A stretch of DNA of 64,000 nt from an uncultured delta proteobacterium (GTDB lineage Bacteria; Myxococcota; Myxococcia; Myxococcales; Anaeromyxobacteraceae), in NCBI GenBank assembly GCA_963766715.1, contig CAVYBH010000008.1, positions 544,001-608,000 of the forward strand, given 5' to 3'. The notes under the pieces were generated by a model. It was not told the DNA's origin. It worked only from the letters and a program-made list of their open reading frames with translations, and did no database searches. Shown one piece after another: positions 31,405 through 42,915 of this stretch; position 1 is the first letter of the stretch, and each line of letters begins with the position of its first letter. Position numbers and translations under genes: made by a program.

Positions 31405-32847
31405 CTAGCGTCCGGCGAGGTCCTGGTAGAGCGCCTCGTAGCGCTCCGCGCTGCGCCCCCACGAGAAGTCCATGGCCATGCCGCGCTCCTGGATGCCCCG
31501 CCAGGCACGGACGTCGCGCCACGTCTCGAGCGCCCGCCGCGTCGCGACCACCAGCGCCGCGGGGTCGAGCGGCCCGAAGAGGAACCCGGTGCCGGTCTTC
31601 CAGCCGTCGTAGTCCTCGACGGTGTCGACGAGCCCGCCCACCGCGCGGGCCACCGGCGGCGTCCCGTAGCGCAGGCTGTACATCTGGTTCAGCCCGCAGG
31701 GCTCGAAGCGGCTGGGCATGAGGAACACGTCGGCGCCGGCCTCGATGCGGTGGGCCACGCCCTCGTCGAACCCGATGCGCGCGGCGAAGCGGTCGGGGCG
31801 CTCCCGCGCCAGCCAGGAGAAGAAGTCCTGGTACTCGCGCTGGCCGCTGCCGAGCAGCGCGAACTGGGCGTCGGCCCGGAGCAAGGCCGGCATCGCGCCG
31901 GCCAGCAGGTCCACGCCCTTCTGGTCGGCCAGCCGCCCCACCAGCCCGACCAGCGGGACGTGCGCCTTCACCGGGAGTCCTAGCTCGGCCTGGAGCGCGG
32001 CCTTGACCCGGGCCTTGCCGCGCAGGTCGTGCCGGTCGTAGCGGGCCGGAAGGTGCGGATCGCGGGAGGGGTCCCACTCCCGGTCGTCGATGCCGTTCAG
32101 GATGCCGAAGAGGTCCCCGCTCCGCCCGCGGAGCACGGTGTCGAGCCCGTAGCCGCCCTCCACGGTCAGGATCTCGCGCGCGTAGTTGGGCGACACCGTG
32201 GTGAGCGCGTCGGCGAAGGAGAGGCCGGCCTTCATGAAGTTCAGCTGGTCGTGGAACTCGACGCCCCGGTCGAAGCGGAAGATCGACCAGGGCAGCCCGA
32301 CCGCGTCCATGGCCTCCTTGGGGTACATCCCCTGGTAGGCCAGGTTGTGGATGGTGTAGACGCTCCTCGAGCCGGCCAGCCACGGGTCGTCGCCGTGCTC
32401 GGCGCGGAGGAACCAGGCGCCCAGCGCGGTCTGCCAGTCGTTCAGGTGCACGACGGCGGGGCGGAGCTTCAGCGCCCGGGGCAGGTCGAGCGCGGCGCGG
32501 GACAGGAAGGCGAAGCGGGCCGGGTTGTCGAGGTAGTCGCCGTTCCCGTCGCCGTAGGGGTTCCGGCGGAATCCGTAGAAGAGGTCGTGCTCCAGGAAGT
32601 AGACGTCGGGGGCCCCGGCCCCGCCGCGCTTCACCCAGAGTCCACACTGCTCCCCCCGCGCCGAGAGGCCGGCGGGGAGCCGGACGAGCCCGTGGCGCAC
32701 CGGATCGATGGCGCCGTAGCGGGGCGTGACCACCGACACCCGGTGGCCGCGGGCGGCGAGCGCCGCGGGCAGGGACGCGGCCACGTCGCCCAGCCCTCCG
32801 GTCTTGGAGTAGGGCGCGACCTCGGAGGAGACGAAGAGGACGTCCAT
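31405..32847 (-). CDS. glgA: glycogen synthase
   Basis: SEVAPYSKTGGLGDV, HLNDWQT, TIHNLAYQG, RLADQKG, MPSRFEPCGLNQ. Confidence 0.95.
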   Translation of the reverse strand: MDVLFVSSEVAPYSKTGGLGDVAASLPAALAARGHRVSVVTPRYGAIDPVRHGLVRLPAGLSARGEQCGLWVKRGGAGAPDVYFLEHDLFYGFRRNPYGDGNGDYLDNPARFAFLSRAALDLPRALKLRPAVVHLNDWQTALGAWFLRAEHGDDPWLAGSRSVYTIHNLAYQGMYPKEAMDAVGLPWSIFRFDRGVEFHDQLNFMKAGLSFADALTTVSPNYAREILTVEGGYGLDTVLRGRSGDLFGILNGIDDREWDPSRDPHLPARYDRHDLRGKARVKAALQAELGLPVKAHVPLVGLVGRLADQKGVDLLAGAMPALLRADAQFALLGSGQREYQDFFSWLARERPDRFAARIGFDEGVAHRIEAGADVFLMPSRFEPCGLNQMYSLRYGTPPVARAVGGLVDTVEDYDGWKTGTGFLFGPLDPAALVVATRRALETWRDVRAWRGIQERGMAMDFSWGRSAERYEALYQDLAGR

Positions 32848-32857
32848 GGGGGGCGGG

Positions 32858-33853
32858 CTACGCCTGGACCTTGCGGAGGAACTCGGCCGCCTCTTCGGGC
32901 GGTACCGGGTTGATGTGGAAGCCGCTTCCCCACTCGAAGCCGGCCACCTGGGTGAGGGCCGGCACCACCTCGATGTGCCAGTGGTACGAGGGGCTCGAGA
33001 GGTCGCGCAGCGGGTTGGTGTGGATCATGAAGTTGTAGGCCGGGCGCCCCAGGCCGACCATGAGCTTGGCCAGCGTGATCCGCAGCGCCTGGGCCGCGTA
33101 GGCCAGCCGCTCCTTGGGCTCGGCCTCGAAGTTCGACTCGTGGCGCCGGGGCACGATCCAGGTCTCGAAGGGGCTGCGCGGGGCCCACGGCTCGAAGACC
33201 ACGAACTCGTCGTTCTCGTAGACCAGGCGGGTCCGGTCCTTCCGCTCCTGGCCGGCGATGTCGCAGTAGATGCAGCGCTCGCGGTGCTCGTGGTGCCGGC
33301 GCGCCCCGTCGATCTCGTCGGCCACCTGCCTCGGCGTGACCGGCAGCGCGATGAGCTGGCTGTGGGTGTGCTCGAGCGTGGCCCCGGCGGCGGAGCCGTG
33401 GTTCTTGAAGATGAGGATGTAGCGGAAGCGGGGGTCGTTGCGCAGGTCGAGGACCCGGGCCTTGAAGGCGAAGAGGACCTCGGTGACCTCGGCGTCGGTG
33501 AGCTCGGAGAGCTCCTTCGAGTGGACCGGCGTCTCGATGACCACCTCGTGGGCGCCCACCCCGTTCATCCGGTCGTAGATGCCGGAGGCCTCGCGGTCGA
33601 GGTCGCCCTCGATCATCAGGGCCGGGTAGCGGTTCGGCACCACGCGGATCTGCCAGCCCGGGACGTTGGCGGGGACGGCGGAACGCCCGGCCACGTAGAC
33701 CTCCGGCGGCGTCTTGTCCTCGTGCCCCGGGCAGAACGGGCAGAGGCCGCCCGGCGGCTCCTCGGCGCGGCGGAACTGGTTGGGCCGGCGGGCGCGCTCG
33801 GTGGCGATGATCACCCAGCGTCCGACGATTGGATCCCTCCGCAGTTCCGGCAT
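32858..33853 (-). CDS. galT: GalT-like hexose-1-phosphate nucleotidyltransferase
   Basis: ELRRDP..WVIIATERARRP, CPFCPG, FKNHG..AGATLEHTHSQ, CIYC, YHWHIE. Confidence 0.88.
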   Translation of the reverse strand: MPELRRDPIVGRWVIIATERARRPNQFRRAEEPPGGLCPFCPGHEDKTPPEVYVAGRSAVPANVPGWQIRVVPNRYPALMIEGDLDREASGIYDRMNGVGAHEVVIETPVHSKELSELTDAEVTEVLFAFKARVLDLRNDPRFRYILIFKNHGSAAGATLEHTHSQLIALPVTPRQVADEIDGARRHHEHRERCIYCDIAGQERKDRTRLVYENDEFVVFEPWAPRSPFETWIVPRRHESNFEAEPKERLAYAAQALRITLAKLMVGLGRPAYNFMIHTNPLRDLSSPSYHWHIEVVPALTQVAGFEWGSGFHINPVPPEEAAEFLRKVQA

Positions 33854-33895
33854 GGGCGGAGTCTACATCAGGCCCGGCCGGTTCGACGGTACCGG

Positions 33896-35087
33896 CTAGA
33901 CGGGTACGGCCCTTTCCGATGCCGGCGCGTCCCCGCCTCGCGGGACGGCGACGGTGGCGGCCACCACGGCGCCCAGCCCCATGAGCGCGGCCCCGCCCAG
34001 GTAGGGCGCGGCGTGCCAGGCCTGGAACGAGGTGGTCCCGGTGAGGGGGCCGACGATGCGCCCGAGCGCCGAGGCGGACTGCCCGATGCCCGAGCGTGCC
34101 TCCCTGGTCCTCGGCCCGGCTGAGCTTGGAGAGGAGCGAGGAGAGCGACGGCGAGGTGAGCCCGGACCCGAGGGCGAGCGGCGCCGTGGCGAGCAGGAGC
34201 CCCGGGATGCCGCTGGCGAACGGCAGCGAGAGGAGCGCCAGCCCCTGCATCACCGCGCCGGCGACGAGCAGCCGCTTCTCCCCGAAGCGCCGGGTCAGGG
34301 GGCCGATGAGCCCGCCCTGGACGAGCACCACGATCACGCCGATGTAGGCGAAGACGTAGCCGACGTGCTTGGGGGCGAGCGCGTAGTGGCGCTGGGCCAG
34401 GAAGGCGTAGGTCGCCTCCATCATGCTGAAGGCGAAGGTGACGACGAAGAAGACCACGAGCAGCTTGCGGATGCCCGGCTTCCGGAGCTCGGCGAGGAGC
34501 GCCTCGAAGCGGCCGCGCTGCCGGGTGGCGGCCACGTGCTGCGACGGCTCGGGCAGCAGGAACCAGGCGCCGACCAGGTTGAGCACCGAGAGCGCGGAGG
34601 CGGCCAGGCCGGGTGCGGCGAGCGAGTACTCGGTGAGCATCCCGCCCACCGCCGGACCGAAGACGAAGCCGAGGCCGAAGGCGGCGCCGATCATGCCCAT
34701 GCCCTTGGCCCGTCCCTCGGGCGTGGTCACGTCGGCCACGTAGGCCTGGGCGATGGCGATGTTGGCGGTGGCGGCCCCGGCGAACAGGCGGGAGAAGAGC
34801 AGCACGAGGAAGGTGCCGGCGACGCCGTAGAGCAGGAAGGCCACCGCGGTCATGGCGATGGAGAGGAGCAGGACCGGCCGCCGCCCCACCCGGTCGGAGA
34901 GCCGGCCCCAGATGGGCGCGAAGACGAACTGCATGAGCGAGTAGCCCGTGGAGAGCCAGCCGGTGGCGGCCTCCGACGCGCCCAGCCGCTCGGCGTAGAG
35001 CGGCATGGCGGGGATGACCATGCCGAAGCCGAGCAGGTCGACGAAGACGACGAGGAAGAGGATGCCGAGGGAGGCCTGGCGTTTCAC
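33896..35087 (-). CDS. MFS transporter (TetA/DHA1-like); frameshift near 34100
   Basis: DLLGFGMVIP, GRLSDRVGRRPVL, AYVADVT..RAKGMG..GFVFGP. Confidence 0.88.
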
Positions 35088-35120
35088 GGGGGACCGGAAC
35101 CTAACCGAAGTCCGGCCGGA

Positions 35121-37281
35121 TCACACGCGCCAGTGGATCCGCTCGAAGTCGGCGCCCGGGACCGACAGGGGCAGGTAGCCGGAGCGGGGGATGCGCTCCA
35201 CCTCGACGCCCTCGGCGAACGCCTCCACCGACATCACGAGCTCCTCCCCGGCCTGGACGCCGAGCGGGGCCAGCGGGATCTCGATCTCCAGGACCTTGAC
35301 CTGGACGGCGCGCCCCACCTCGTCCCCGTGCTTCCGGCCCGGCCGGCTCACCCCGTCGGGCGCGACCGGGAAGTCGATCCGGACCGGGCCGCGCGGCCCG
35401 AGCAGCGTCAGCCGGATCCGGTCCGCACGCGGCGCGCCGGGGTCCGGGTCGGGGTCGAGGCGCAGGTAGAGGTGCCGCTCGTCGAAGCCCCAGTACAGGC
35501 CGGAGAACGGAGGCGCCCCGCCGAACATGGCGCCGCGCCCGCGGCCGGGCCGGTGCAGGCCGGCCCCCTGCCACTCGAAGAAGTCCGGGTCGCGCCCGTC
35601 GATGACCGGCCGCACGAGCGCGGTGGGCTCCCGGAGCGCCTTGGCCTCGAGGGCGCCGCGGCCGGTGGGCTTGATGGGCTGGAGCGCCTCCGGGGGCGGC
35701 GCGAGGTCGAGCAGCTCGCAGGCCCGCAGCACGTGCCCCCGGAAGAGCGCGTCGAACTCGGCCGCGTTCTCGGTGGCGAAGTCCTCCCCGTACCACCAGT
35801 ACCAGTCGGATCCCTGGGCGGCGCGCAGGTGGCGGAGCGCGTGCTCCACCTTCTCCTCCGGCGCGCCCCGGGCCCGCGCCGCCTCCACCGCCTCGCGCGC
35901 CCGCCCCAGCGCGGTCCAGGCCAGCCGGTCCTCCCGGTGGCCGATCCAGATCCGGTAGGAGGCCTCGATCCAGGACCCGGAGTGGATGCGGGGGATGGCC
36001 GGGCCGGGCGCGCCGGCGGTGGCCTCCGACATCGTCACGGTCTCCAGGCGGGCGTCCTCGCCGATGGCCCGGTAGAAGGCGTCGAGGAAGTCGTGGCCGG
36101 AGCGCGGGTAGCGCTCCCAGGCGTTCTCGCCGTCGAGGAAGACCCCCACGGTGGCCGCCCCCGCGGCGCCGTCGCGCCGCCAGGCCTCGCCGGCGCCCAG
36201 GACACGGGCCGTGAAGTCGGCGACGGCGTCGGCGGCCGGGACCCTGGCGTAGCTGAAGCCGATCAGGTCGGAGATGGCCCGGTCCCGGAAGAGCATGGGG
36301 ATCTCGCGGTCCCCGGCGGCGGCGCGCCAGGGCCGGTAGAGCGAGCCCGCCCGCGGGCTCCCGGGCGGGAGCGACCGGAGCAGCACCCCCTCGTCGGACG
36401 CCGCCCAGGCCACGCCCTCGGCGGCCAGGATCTCGAGCGCCTCGGGCGAGACGGCTCCCTCGGCCGGCCACATGCCGGTGGGTCCCTGGCCGAAGCGGCG
36501 CGCGTGGCTGCGCGAGCGCGTCGGACACGTGGCGGCGGGCGTCCCCCGGCCAGGCGAAGCGCGGGGGGAGGGCCACGCCGGGGAGCGCACGCGCCGCGGC
36601 GTCGCTGTCGCACACCAGCGGGAGGATGGGGTGGTGGTGCGGCGTCGTCGAGAGCTCCACCTGGCCCCGGGCGGCCAGCGCGCGCCAGCGCCCCACCACG
36701 CCCGCGAGGATGCGCCGCTGCGCGGCGAGCACGCAGGCCACGTCGGCGTCGTCGAAGTCGCGCTCCTTGGCGACGAGCTCCCGCAGCGCCGGGTCGTCGG
36801 CGAGCGCGCCGAACCCCATCCACGCCAGGTTGAAGTGGACCTGGAGGTCGCGCAGCTCGGCGCGGGTGAAGGTGGGGCCCACCTCGTCGAGGTCGACCTG
36901 GGCGAGGTCCCGGCCGCGCTTCTCGAGCAGCTCCAGGTAGCGGGGCACGGTGCGCACCGACCGGTCCCAGTCCACCATGAAGAAGGAGTGGAGCAGCCGG
37001 CGGCGCTCCTCCGGCGCCAGGTCCGCGGGGTCGCGCGAGGAGAGGTCGAGGAGCGCGTCGCGGGCCCGCCCCTCGGCGTAGTCCTCGATCTGCTCGAGCA
37101 GCACGGGGGTGAAGTTGACCGTCACGCGCACGCCGGGGTGGCGCTCCAGGATCCACGCCATGTCGTTGTAGGCGCGGGTCGCGTGGAGGCGGACCCAGGG
37201 CAGGACGTAGGTCCCGGTGGCCGGCTCCCGGTAGAGCGGCTGGTGCATGTGCCAGAGGATGGCCAGCCGGATCGGCTTCAT
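35121..37281 (-). CDS. glycoside hydrolase family 57 (amylopullulanase-like); frameshift near 36515
   Basis: WHMHQP, HPILPL, GMWPAEG, LDGENAWE, GSDWYWW. Confidence 0.9.
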
Positions 37282-37308
37282 GTCGGCCCCGTCCTTCACC
37301 GGGTCTCC

Positions 37309-38063
37309 TCAGCGGGCGGGCGGGGCCGCGGGCGCCGGCTCGGGAGCGGCGGGCCTCGGCCCGGACGGACCGGAAGGCTGCCGCCGCCGCGCCGCCCGGG
37401 GCCGGCCGGTACCGCTCGGCGGCGAACCGGCTCGCCTCGAGCATCAGCTGGCCGGTGGACGTGGACACGGGATTCGAGCGCCTTCCCCAGGGCTGCCGCC
37501 TCGGCGGCCACGGGCCCCTGCGCCTCGGCCGCGAGCCGCAGCCCCTCGAGCGCCCGTCGCAGCGCCTCCGCTCCCTCCTGGAGGTGACCGACCGCCTCCT
37601 GGAAGGCGGTCTCGGCCTGCAGGGTCCTGAGCTGCTCCCGCTGCGCCGGGGAGAGGCCGGCCAGCCGCGCCGCGCGGCCCAGGTAGCCGCGGGCCCGCTC
37701 CATGCGGGCCATCTGCTCGGACTGGATGTCCTCCCGGGCCCAGCGGGCCAGCCACTCGAAGAGGGCCTGGTCCAGGCCGGCGCGGTCGTCGTAGGCCGAC
37801 TCGGCGGGCGTGGCGGCGCCGGGCGGCGGCGCCAGCGGCGCATAGGTCCGGGACATCTCCGGGTCGTCCGACTTGAAGGTGGCCTTGCCGACCGGGAAGA
37901 ACACCCCCCGCTTCACGACCACCCTGCCCTCCTCCGGGACCAGCCACCACTGGCGGGCGTTGCGCTCGGCGAGCAGCCAGGCGACGGCCACCGCCAGGCC
38001 GACGGCCAGCAGGAGGAGCAGGGAGGATCGGCTCCTGGCGGGTCTGGGAGTCTCTTCGGCCAT
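37309..38063 (-). CDS. hypothetical single-pass membrane protein; C-terminus frameshifted
   Basis: N-terminal TM LLLLLAVGLAVAVAWLL then helical domain; end position approximate. Confidence 0.6.
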
Positions 38064-38067
38064 GGTC

Positions 38068-38620
38068 CTACCCCTTCACCACGCCCACGTAGGGCAGGTT
38101 GCGCATGCGCCCGTCGTGGTCGAGGCCGTAGCCCACCACGAACTCGTCGGCGATCTCGAAGCCGCGGTAGCGGACCGGGACCTGGACGCGGGCCCGGGCC
38201 GGCTTCACCAGAAGTGCACAGACGGCGACGCTGGCCGGGCCGGCGCTCCTGGAGCCGCTCGATGAGCCACTGCATGGTGAGCCCGGTGTCGACGATGTCC
38301 TCGACCAGGATCACGTCCTTGCCCTCGATGGGGCGGGTGAGGTCGCTCGTCAGGGCGATCGAGCCGCTCGTCCGCGCCCCCACGTAGGAGGAGAGCCCGA
38401 CGAAGTCGAGGCCGACGGGGAGGTCGATGGCGCGCATCAGGTCGGCCAGGAAGACCAGCGCCCCCTTGAGCACGCCGACGAGCACCAGCGGGCGCCCGGC
38501 GTAGTCGCGGGTGATGTCCCGGCCGATCTGCTCCACCCGGGCCCGCAGCTGCTCGGCGGTCAGGAGCACCTCGACCTCTTCGCCGCCCAGGCGGTGGTGG
38601 GCGTGCAAGGCGTCGTGCAT
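38068..38620 (-). CDS. hpt: hypoxanthine phosphoribosyltransferase; frameshifted near 38220
   Basis: VLKGALVFLADL, VILVEDIVDTGLT, FVVGYGLD..RNLPYVG. Confidence 0.92.
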
Positions 38621-38683
38621 GGGCGCGCAGCGTAGTCGCCGGGGAACGGGCCGGCAAGCGCCCCCGTGCTATACGATCGGAGC

Positions 38684-39611
38684 GTGATTCGCCTCCGCGT
38701 CGCCGCGCCCGCCAAGGTGAACCTGGTCCTGCGCGTCGGCCCGCCCCGCGCGGACGGCTTCCACGATCTCGTGACCCTGATGGTCCCCCTCGACCTCGCC
38801 GACGAGGTGGAGGTCCAGGTGCGCGACGCACCGGGGCCGGTGACCTGCCGGTGCCCGGGCCGCCCCGATCTCGACGGGCCCGGGAAACCTGGCCGCCCGC
38901 GCCGCCGAGGCCCTCCGGGCTCGCCTGGGGCGGCGCGAAGGGGTCGCCATCCGGATCCGGAAGCGCATCCCGGTGGTGGCCGGGCTCGGGGGCGGGAGCT
39001 CGGATGCGGCGGCCGTCCTCCGTTGCCTGGCCCGCGCATGGGGGATCCGGGACCGGCGGCTGCTCGCCGAGGTGGCGCTCTCGGTGGGCTCCGACGTCCC
39101 GTTCTTCCTGGGGTCCGGGCCGGCCTGGGCGCGGGGGCGGGGCGAGCGGCTCCGCCCGGCCTCCCCCGTTCCGCTCCACCTCGTGCTCCTCTACCCGCGC
39201 GATCCCTCGCTGGCGATCCGGGCCGGCGACGCCTACCGGTGGCTCGACGAGGACCGGGCCGGCGCCATGCCGCGACGCGGCAAGCCGAGCGCCCGGCGCC
39301 CGGAGAACGACCTGATGGCTCCTTGTCTGGGCCGCCGCCCCGCGCTCGCGACGCTCCGGGGGTGGCTTGCCGAGGCCGGTGCCGCGGCGCCTATAATGTT
39401 GTCAGGAAGTGGGCCGACGATAGTCGGATCCTTTGCCGGTCCTGGATCGGCACGGACCGCCGCTCGTCAGCTCGCGAGGCGGCGGCTCGTCGGGGCGGGG
39501 GTGGAGGTCATCGTCGCGCGCACGCAGTCGCGGATGCCGGGAGTCTCTCCATGGAAATCACCGAGGTCCGCATCTTCCCGGTCACCGAGGACAAGCTCAA
39601 GGCGTACGTGA
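38684..39611 (+). CDS. ispE: 4-diphosphocytidyl-2-C-methyl-D-erythritol kinase; frameshift near 38895
   Basis: APAKVNL.L.V...[42 protein letters not shown]. Confidence 0.9.
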
Positions 39612-39847
39612 CCATCACCCTCGACCACTGCTTCGTGGTCCGGGGGTTGAAGGTGATCCAGGGCACGACCGGCCTGTTCGTGGCCATGCCGGCAAAGCGC
39701 CGCAAGGACGGCAGCTTCAAGGACATCGCCCACCCGCTCAACACCGAGACCCGGGAACGGATGGAGCGGGTGATCCTGGCCGAGTACGACCGGGAGCTGG
39801 CCCGCGGCCCCGCGCCCAGGCCCGCCGACGTCGAGGGACTGGCGTAG
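39551..39847 (+). CDS. spoVG: SpoVG family nucleic-acid-binding protein
   Basis: [44 protein letters not shown]. Confidence 0.92.
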   Translation: MEITEVRIFPVTEDKLKAYVTITLDHCFVVRGLKVIQGTTGLFVAMPAKRRKDGSFKDIAHPLNTETRERMERVILAEYDRELARGPAPRPADVEGLA

Positions 39848-39912
39848 CGCCCTCTCGTGGCCCCACGCCGGGCATGACGGCCGGCACCGGTCTCGGGTAT
39901 AACGCGCCCGAC

Positions 39913-40869
39913 ATGGGCAATCCCAATTTCTACAAGGTCTTCGCCGGGAACTCGAACCCTGCGCTGGCCAAGGCCGTCGTGCAGAACCTGGGGCGCGAAC
40001 TCTCGGTGGCCAGCGTCGGCGCCTTCTCCGACGGTGAAATCCAGGTGGAGATCGGCGAGAACGTCCGGGGCACCGACACCTTCGTCATCCAGTCGACGAG
40101 CCCGAACGCGAACCACAACCTGATGGAGCTGCTCATCATGGCCGACGCGCTCAAGCGCTCGTCGGCGGGCTCCATCTGCGCGGTCATCCCGTACTACGGG
40201 TATGCGCGGCAGGATCGCAAGGTCGCGCCCCGCGTCCCCATCACCGCCAAGCTGGTGGCCGACCTCATCGAGGCGGCCGGCGTCACCCGCGTGGTCTCGA
40301 TGGACATGCACGCCGGGCAGATCCAGGGGTTCTTCAACATCCCCTTCGACCACCTGTACGCCGCGCCCATCATGCTCGACCACATGAAGAAGCGGTTCCC
40401 CGGCGACCCGGAGAACCTGGTCATCGTGTCGCCCGACGCCGGCGGCGTGGAGCGGGCGCGCGCCTACTCGAAGCGCATGGGCTGCTCGCTGGGCATCGTC
40501 GACAAGCGGCGCACCAAGCCGAACGTCGCCGAGATCATGAACGTGATCGGCGACGTGAACGGCAAGGTGGCCATCCTCCTCGACGACATGATCGACACCG
40601 CCGGCACGCTCACGCAGGCCGCGGCCGCCATCAAGGAGAAGGGCGCGACCCAGGTCTACGCCTACGCCACCCACGCGGTCCTGTCCGGGCCGGCCGTCGA
40701 GCGCATCACCAAGAGCCCCATCGAGGAGGTCGTGGTGACCGACTCGATCCCGCTCTCCCCGCAGGCCCAGGGCTGCCCCAAGATCCACCAGGTCAGCTCG
40801 GCCAAGCTGCTCGCCGAGGCGATCCGGCGCATCCAGAGCTCCGACTCGCTCTCCAGCCTGTTCGTGTGA
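39913..40869 (+). CDS. prs: ribose-phosphate pyrophosphokinase
   Basis: [45 protein letters not shown]. Confidence 0.96.
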   Translation: MGNPNFYKVFAGNSNPALAKAVVQNLGRELSVASVGAFSDGEIQVEIGENVRGTDTFVIQSTSPNANHNLMELLIMADALKRSSAGSICAVIPYYGYARQDRKVAPRVPITAKLVADLIEAAGVTRVVSMDMHAGQIQGFFNIPFDHLYAAPIMLDHMKKRFPGDPENLVIVSPDAGGVERARAYSKRMGCSLGIVDKRRTKPNVAEIMNVIGDVNGKVAILLDDMIDTAGTLTQAAAAIKEKGATQVYAYATHAVLSGPAVERITKSPIEEVVVTDSIPLSPQAQGCPKIHQVSSAKLLAEAIRRIQSSDSLSSLFV

Positions 40870-40894
40870 TCCGGGGCGGCGCGATCCGAACCCC

Positions 40895-40923
40895 TTGACT
40901 GCACCGGGGTTTCCCGCTAAAAG
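40895..40923 (+). promoter_or_regulatory. sigma70 promoter of rplY-pth
   Basis: TTGACT-N17-TAAAAG. Confidence 0.6.
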
Positions 40924-41018
40924 CCGCCCTCCAATTCATCTTCACCCAGGGCCGGGGATTTTCCACCACCGGCCCCTCGCGCGAGCCGAAGGGCCGCGGA
41001 GTCCGTTGGGAGGAATCC

Positions 41019-41774
41019 ATGGCCGATACTGCCCAGAATCTCGTCGCCGCCCAGTCCCGCACCGGAAAGGGCAAGGGTCCCGCCCGCCGCCTGCGCGCGG
41101 AGGGGCTCATTCCCGCCGTCGTCTACGGCCTCCAGGCCCAGCCCACTCCCGTCGCGGTCGATCCGACGGCGGTGATGAAGGCCATCGCCACGCCCCACAA
41201 GCGCAACACGCTCATCACGCTGAAGCTCGAGAGCGGCGAGAAGCGGGTGCTCTTCAAGGACTACCAGGTCGACCCGGTGAGCCGGCGTCTCCTGCACGCC
41301 GACTTCCTCGAGGTCGCCCTCGACAAGCCGGTGCTCGTGAAGGTCCCGGTCGTCACCATCGGCATGGCCGAGGGCGTCACCGCGGGCGGCATCCTGTCGG
41401 TCTCGACGCACGAGGTGACGGTCGAGGCGCTGCCCGACCGCATCCCGGTCAAGATCGAGGTCGACGTCACCCCGATCAAGATGGGCCACTCGCTCCACGT
41501 GTCCGAGCTGGCCTCTCCCCCGGGCTCCAAGATCAAGTACGCCACCGATTACGTGGTCGCCTACGTCGCCGTCCCCGAGAAGGAAGAGGTGGTCGCTGCA
41601 GTGGCCGCCGTCCCGGGTGCGCCGGCCGAGGGTGCTGCGGCTCCGGCCGCGGGCGCTGCTGCGGGTGCTGCGGCTCCGGCCGCGGGCGCCGCGGGCGCCA
41701 AGGCGGGCGCTGCTGCTGCGGCTCCGGCCAAGGGCGCCGCTCCGGCCGCTCCGGCCAAGGGTGGCAAGAAGTAG
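41019..41774 (+). CDS. rplY: 50S ribosomal protein L25/Ctc
   Basis: GKGPARRLR..GLIPAVVYG, Q.DPV..LLHADF; Ala/Pro/Gly tail. Confidence 0.95.
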   Translation: MADTAQNLVAAQSRTGKGKGPARRLRAEGLIPAVVYGLQAQPTPVAVDPTAVMKAIATPHKRNTLITLKLESGEKRVLFKDYQVDPVSRRLLHADFLEVALDKPVLVKVPVVTIGMAEGVTAGGILSVSTHEVTVEALPDRIPVKIEVDVTPIKMGHSLHVSELASPPGSKIKYATDYVVAYVAVPEKEEVVAAVAAVPGAPAEGAAAPAAGAAAGAAAPAAGAAGAKAGAAAAAPAKGAAPAAPAKGGKK

Positions 41775-41783
41775 GGCCTGCGC

Positions 41784-42362
41784 TTGAAGCTGCTCGTGGG
41801 CCTCGGCAATCCCGGTCCCGAATATGCGCGAACCCGGCACAACGTCGGGTACCTCGTCGCCGACGAGGTGGCGCGGATGAGCGGGGCCGGGTTCACGCTG
41901 AAGAAGTTCTCGGCGGAGATCGCCGAGGCCGGAATCGGCGGCGAGCGGATCTGGATCGTGAAGCCGCAGACCTACATGAACCACTCGGGCGAGGCAGTGG
42001 GAGCGGCCCTCCGGTTCTGGAAGCTCTCGGCGGCGGACCTGGTGGTGGTGCACGACGACCTGGAGCTCGAGCCGTTCCGGGTGCAGGTGAAGGTGGGCGG
42101 CGGGCACGGAGGCCACAACGGCCTGAAGAGCGTGAATGCCCACGTGGGCAGCCCGGAATACGCCCGGGTCCGGCTCGGGGTGGGTCGCCCGCCTCCGGCG
42201 GTGGACCCGGCCGACTGGGTGCTGGGGCGCTTCGCACGCGCCGACGACCGTGCGGTCGAGGACCTGGTGGAGCGCGGGGCGGCGGCGGCGAGGGCCGTGG
42301 TGGTGGACGGCGCGGCGAAGGCGATGAACGAGTTCAACCGCCGGCGGTCCGCGGCGGAGTGA
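41784..42362 (+). CDS. pth: peptidyl-tRNA hydrolase
   Basis: [39 protein letters not shown] start. Confidence 0.95.
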   Translation: MKLLVGLGNPGPEYARTRHNVGYLVADEVARMSGAGFTLKKFSAEIAEAGIGGERIWIVKPQTYMNHSGEAVGAALRFWKLSAADLVVVHDDLELEPFRVQVKVGGGHGGHNGLKSVNAHVGSPEYARVRLGVGRPPPAVDPADWVLGRFARADDRAVEDLVERGAAAARAVVVDGAAKAMNEFNRRRSAAE

Positions 42363-42454
42363 GTGCTCCGGGGCATGGGGCCCCGGGGTGACAGCAGCAC
42401 GGGCTCCTCGCGGCGGGCGAACCGCCGCTGCACGAATCCGAGGGGAGTTGAAGA

Positions 42455-42913
42455 ATGGCCGAAGCTCAGAAGCGTCTCGCACGAGAGTACGAGACCACCT
42501 ACCTGATCAAGCCGGAGACCCCGGACGAGCAGGTGGAAGAGATCAAGGAGCGCCTCCGCGGGGTGGTGAACCGCGAGGGCGGCAAGGTGATTCGCTTCAC
42601 GAACCAGGGAAAGCGCAAGACCGCCTTCCCGGTCGCGAAGCAGCCCCGGGCGCTCTACATCCACTGCCTCTACGTCGGGAAGCCGGGCCTGGTGGCCGAG
42701 TTCGAGCGCAATCTCAAGATGCTCGACGTCGTCACCAAGTTCGAGTCGATCCGGGTGGCGGACGACGTGGACCAGGACGCACGGCAGGTCGAGGCCGACG
42801 TGGTGGTCGCGCCCGTCGTCGAGGAGGAGCGTCCGCGCCCCGAGTTCGGCGAGCGCGGGGAGCGCGGCGAGGAGTCGTTCGATCCTGCCGCCGATGACCG
42901 GGGAGAGGACTAG
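42455..42913 (+). CDS. rpsF: 30S ribosomal protein S6
   Basis: [21 protein letters not shown]; acidic tail; position before rpsR and rplI. Confidence 0.92.
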   Translation: MAEAQKRLAREYETTYLIKPETPDEQVEEIKERLRGVVNREGGKVIRFTNQGKRKTAFPVAKQPRALYIHCLYVGKPGLVAEFERNLKMLDVVTKFESIRVADDVDQDARQVEADVVVAPVVEEERPRPEFGERGERGEESFDPAADDRGED

Positions 42914-42915
42914 CC

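Noticed and set aside
32631..39611. Pseudogene or programmed-frameshift calls for MFS, GH57, hpt and ispE
   Set aside because: No consistent slippery sites, and the same pattern affects essential genes window-wide; sequencing error is more parsimonious.
39551..39847. spoVG as evidence of sporulation or horizontal transfer
   Set aside because: SpoVG next to ispE/prs is a known conserved arrangement outside spore formers.
39848..39912. tRNA-Gln often found between ispE and prs
   Set aside because: The 65-bp gap has no cloverleaf or TTC-loop; it looks like a promoter (TATAAC).
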